A stretch of DNA of 64,000 bases from an uncultured Parcubacteria group bacterium (GTDB lineage: Bacteria > Patescibacteriota > Minisyncoccia > UBA6257 > 2-01-FULL-56-20), in assembly GCA_903944135.1 (NCBI GenBank), contig CAJAQL010000016.1:1903-65902 (forward strand). The letters run 5' to 3'. The notes under the pieces were generated by a model. The model was not told the DNA's origin and ran no database searches. It saw nothing but the letters and a program-made list of their open reading frames with translations. Made by a program: the position numbers and the translations under genes. This document shows positions 63,285 through 64,000 of this stretch, piece by piece (positions within the stretch are counted from its first letter, which is position 1; each line of letters opens with the position of its first letter).

Positions 63285-63932
63285 ATGCTCATGTATTGCT
63301 TATCAAATAAAAAAAAGCACGCACGATCCCGATCCGCCTTTACGCTCATCGAATTATTGGTGGTTATCGCTATCATTGCGATCCTTTCGATCGTCGTCGT
63401 GCTCACGATAAACCCAGCGGAAATGCTCCGTCAATCGCGTGACTCCCAGCGCGTTTCAGATCTCAGCACTCTGCGCAGCGCCATATCGCTTTATCTCGTC
63501 GATTCATCGGCTCCAAATCTCGCTTCATCATCGTCGGGCTATGGCTACGGAGGCTGTTACCTTTCGACGACGGGCACTAATGCGACATCGGGTGCAAGAT
63601 GCGGCATCTTTACAAACAGCTACACAGCAGATGTTTCTGTCACTGCCGCGAACTATCGAAAGAACGATTCTACGGGATGGCTTCCGGTCAACTTTTCGCA
63701 GATAACCCTCAGCTCTCCCCTTTCTTCGCTCCCCGTAGATCCCCTCAATAATCTGACGAACTATTACGCTTATGCCGCAACGACGACAAACGGCGCCTAT
63801 TACTTCGAGATCGACACCTTTATGGAAAGCAAGAAGTATGGCGCAGGAGGAACGAACGACGTCGTCACGACGGATGGCGGCGATAATCCCAACGCCTACG
63901 AGATCGGCAACAAACCGGGACTGAATTTGTAA
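63285..63932 (+). CDS. Type IV pilin (prepilin N-methylation domain)
   Basis: RSA|FTLIELLVVIAIIAIL, RDSQR.SD, LPVDP. Confidence 0.92.
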   Translation: MLMYCLSNKKKHARSRSAFTLIELLVVIAIIAILSIVVVLTINPAEMLRQSRDSQRVSDLSTLRSAISLYLVDSSAPNLASSSSGYGYGGCYLSTTGTNATSGARCGIFTNSYTADVSVTAANYRKNDSTGWLPVNFSQITLSSPLSSLPVDPLNNLTNYYAYAATTTNGAYYFEIDTFMESKKYGAGGTNDVVTTDGGDNPNAYEIGNKPGLNL

Positions 63933-63944
63933 TCGTTTATTTTT

Positions 63945-63974
63945 AAAAGCCCCGCCATGATGGCGGGGCTTTTT
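63945..63974 (+). terminator. Pilin terminator
   Basis: AAAAGCCCCGCCA-TGA-TGGCGGGGCTTTT. Confidence 0.85.
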
Positions 63975-64000
63975 CATTTCCGTCATTCCGGGCTTGCCGA

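Overview
Housekeeping-rich 64 kb chromosomal segment, most likely from a Patescibacteria/CPR genome (Parcubacteria-like, genetic code 11). This assignment is inferred from the gene content, the short SMC, the aaRS domain fusion, tRNA-Arg(GCG) and the lack of Shine-Dalgarno sites. It contains smc-rnc-nusB-rpmF, CIRCE-controlled groESL, ligA, a response regulator/histidine kinase/radC block, ftsEX, phoH, mraY, scpAB, dnaX, a folate/thymidylate cluster (folD, glyA, dcd, CYTH, thyA, folA), pilMNO/comF, murE, ruvA, rpsT, secG, rnj, ileS, argS, smpB, a type IV pilin and 7 intact tRNAs. No integrase, transposase, CRISPR array or rRNA was seen. The most striking signal is a ~460-bp concentric palindrome in which an intact tRNA-Lys(UUU) sits inside the anticodon loop of a second, split copy of itself, with traces of a third layer. 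A related terminal duplication follows tRNA-Gly. Other notable points: a CYTH enzyme in the dUTPase slot between dcd and thyA; an SMC with no apparent hinge; an IleRS2 with an AMHH signature and an inserted histidine phosphatase; pervasive leaderless-type promoters; and several non-autonomous repeat families. All calls were made by eye; no database searches were run.
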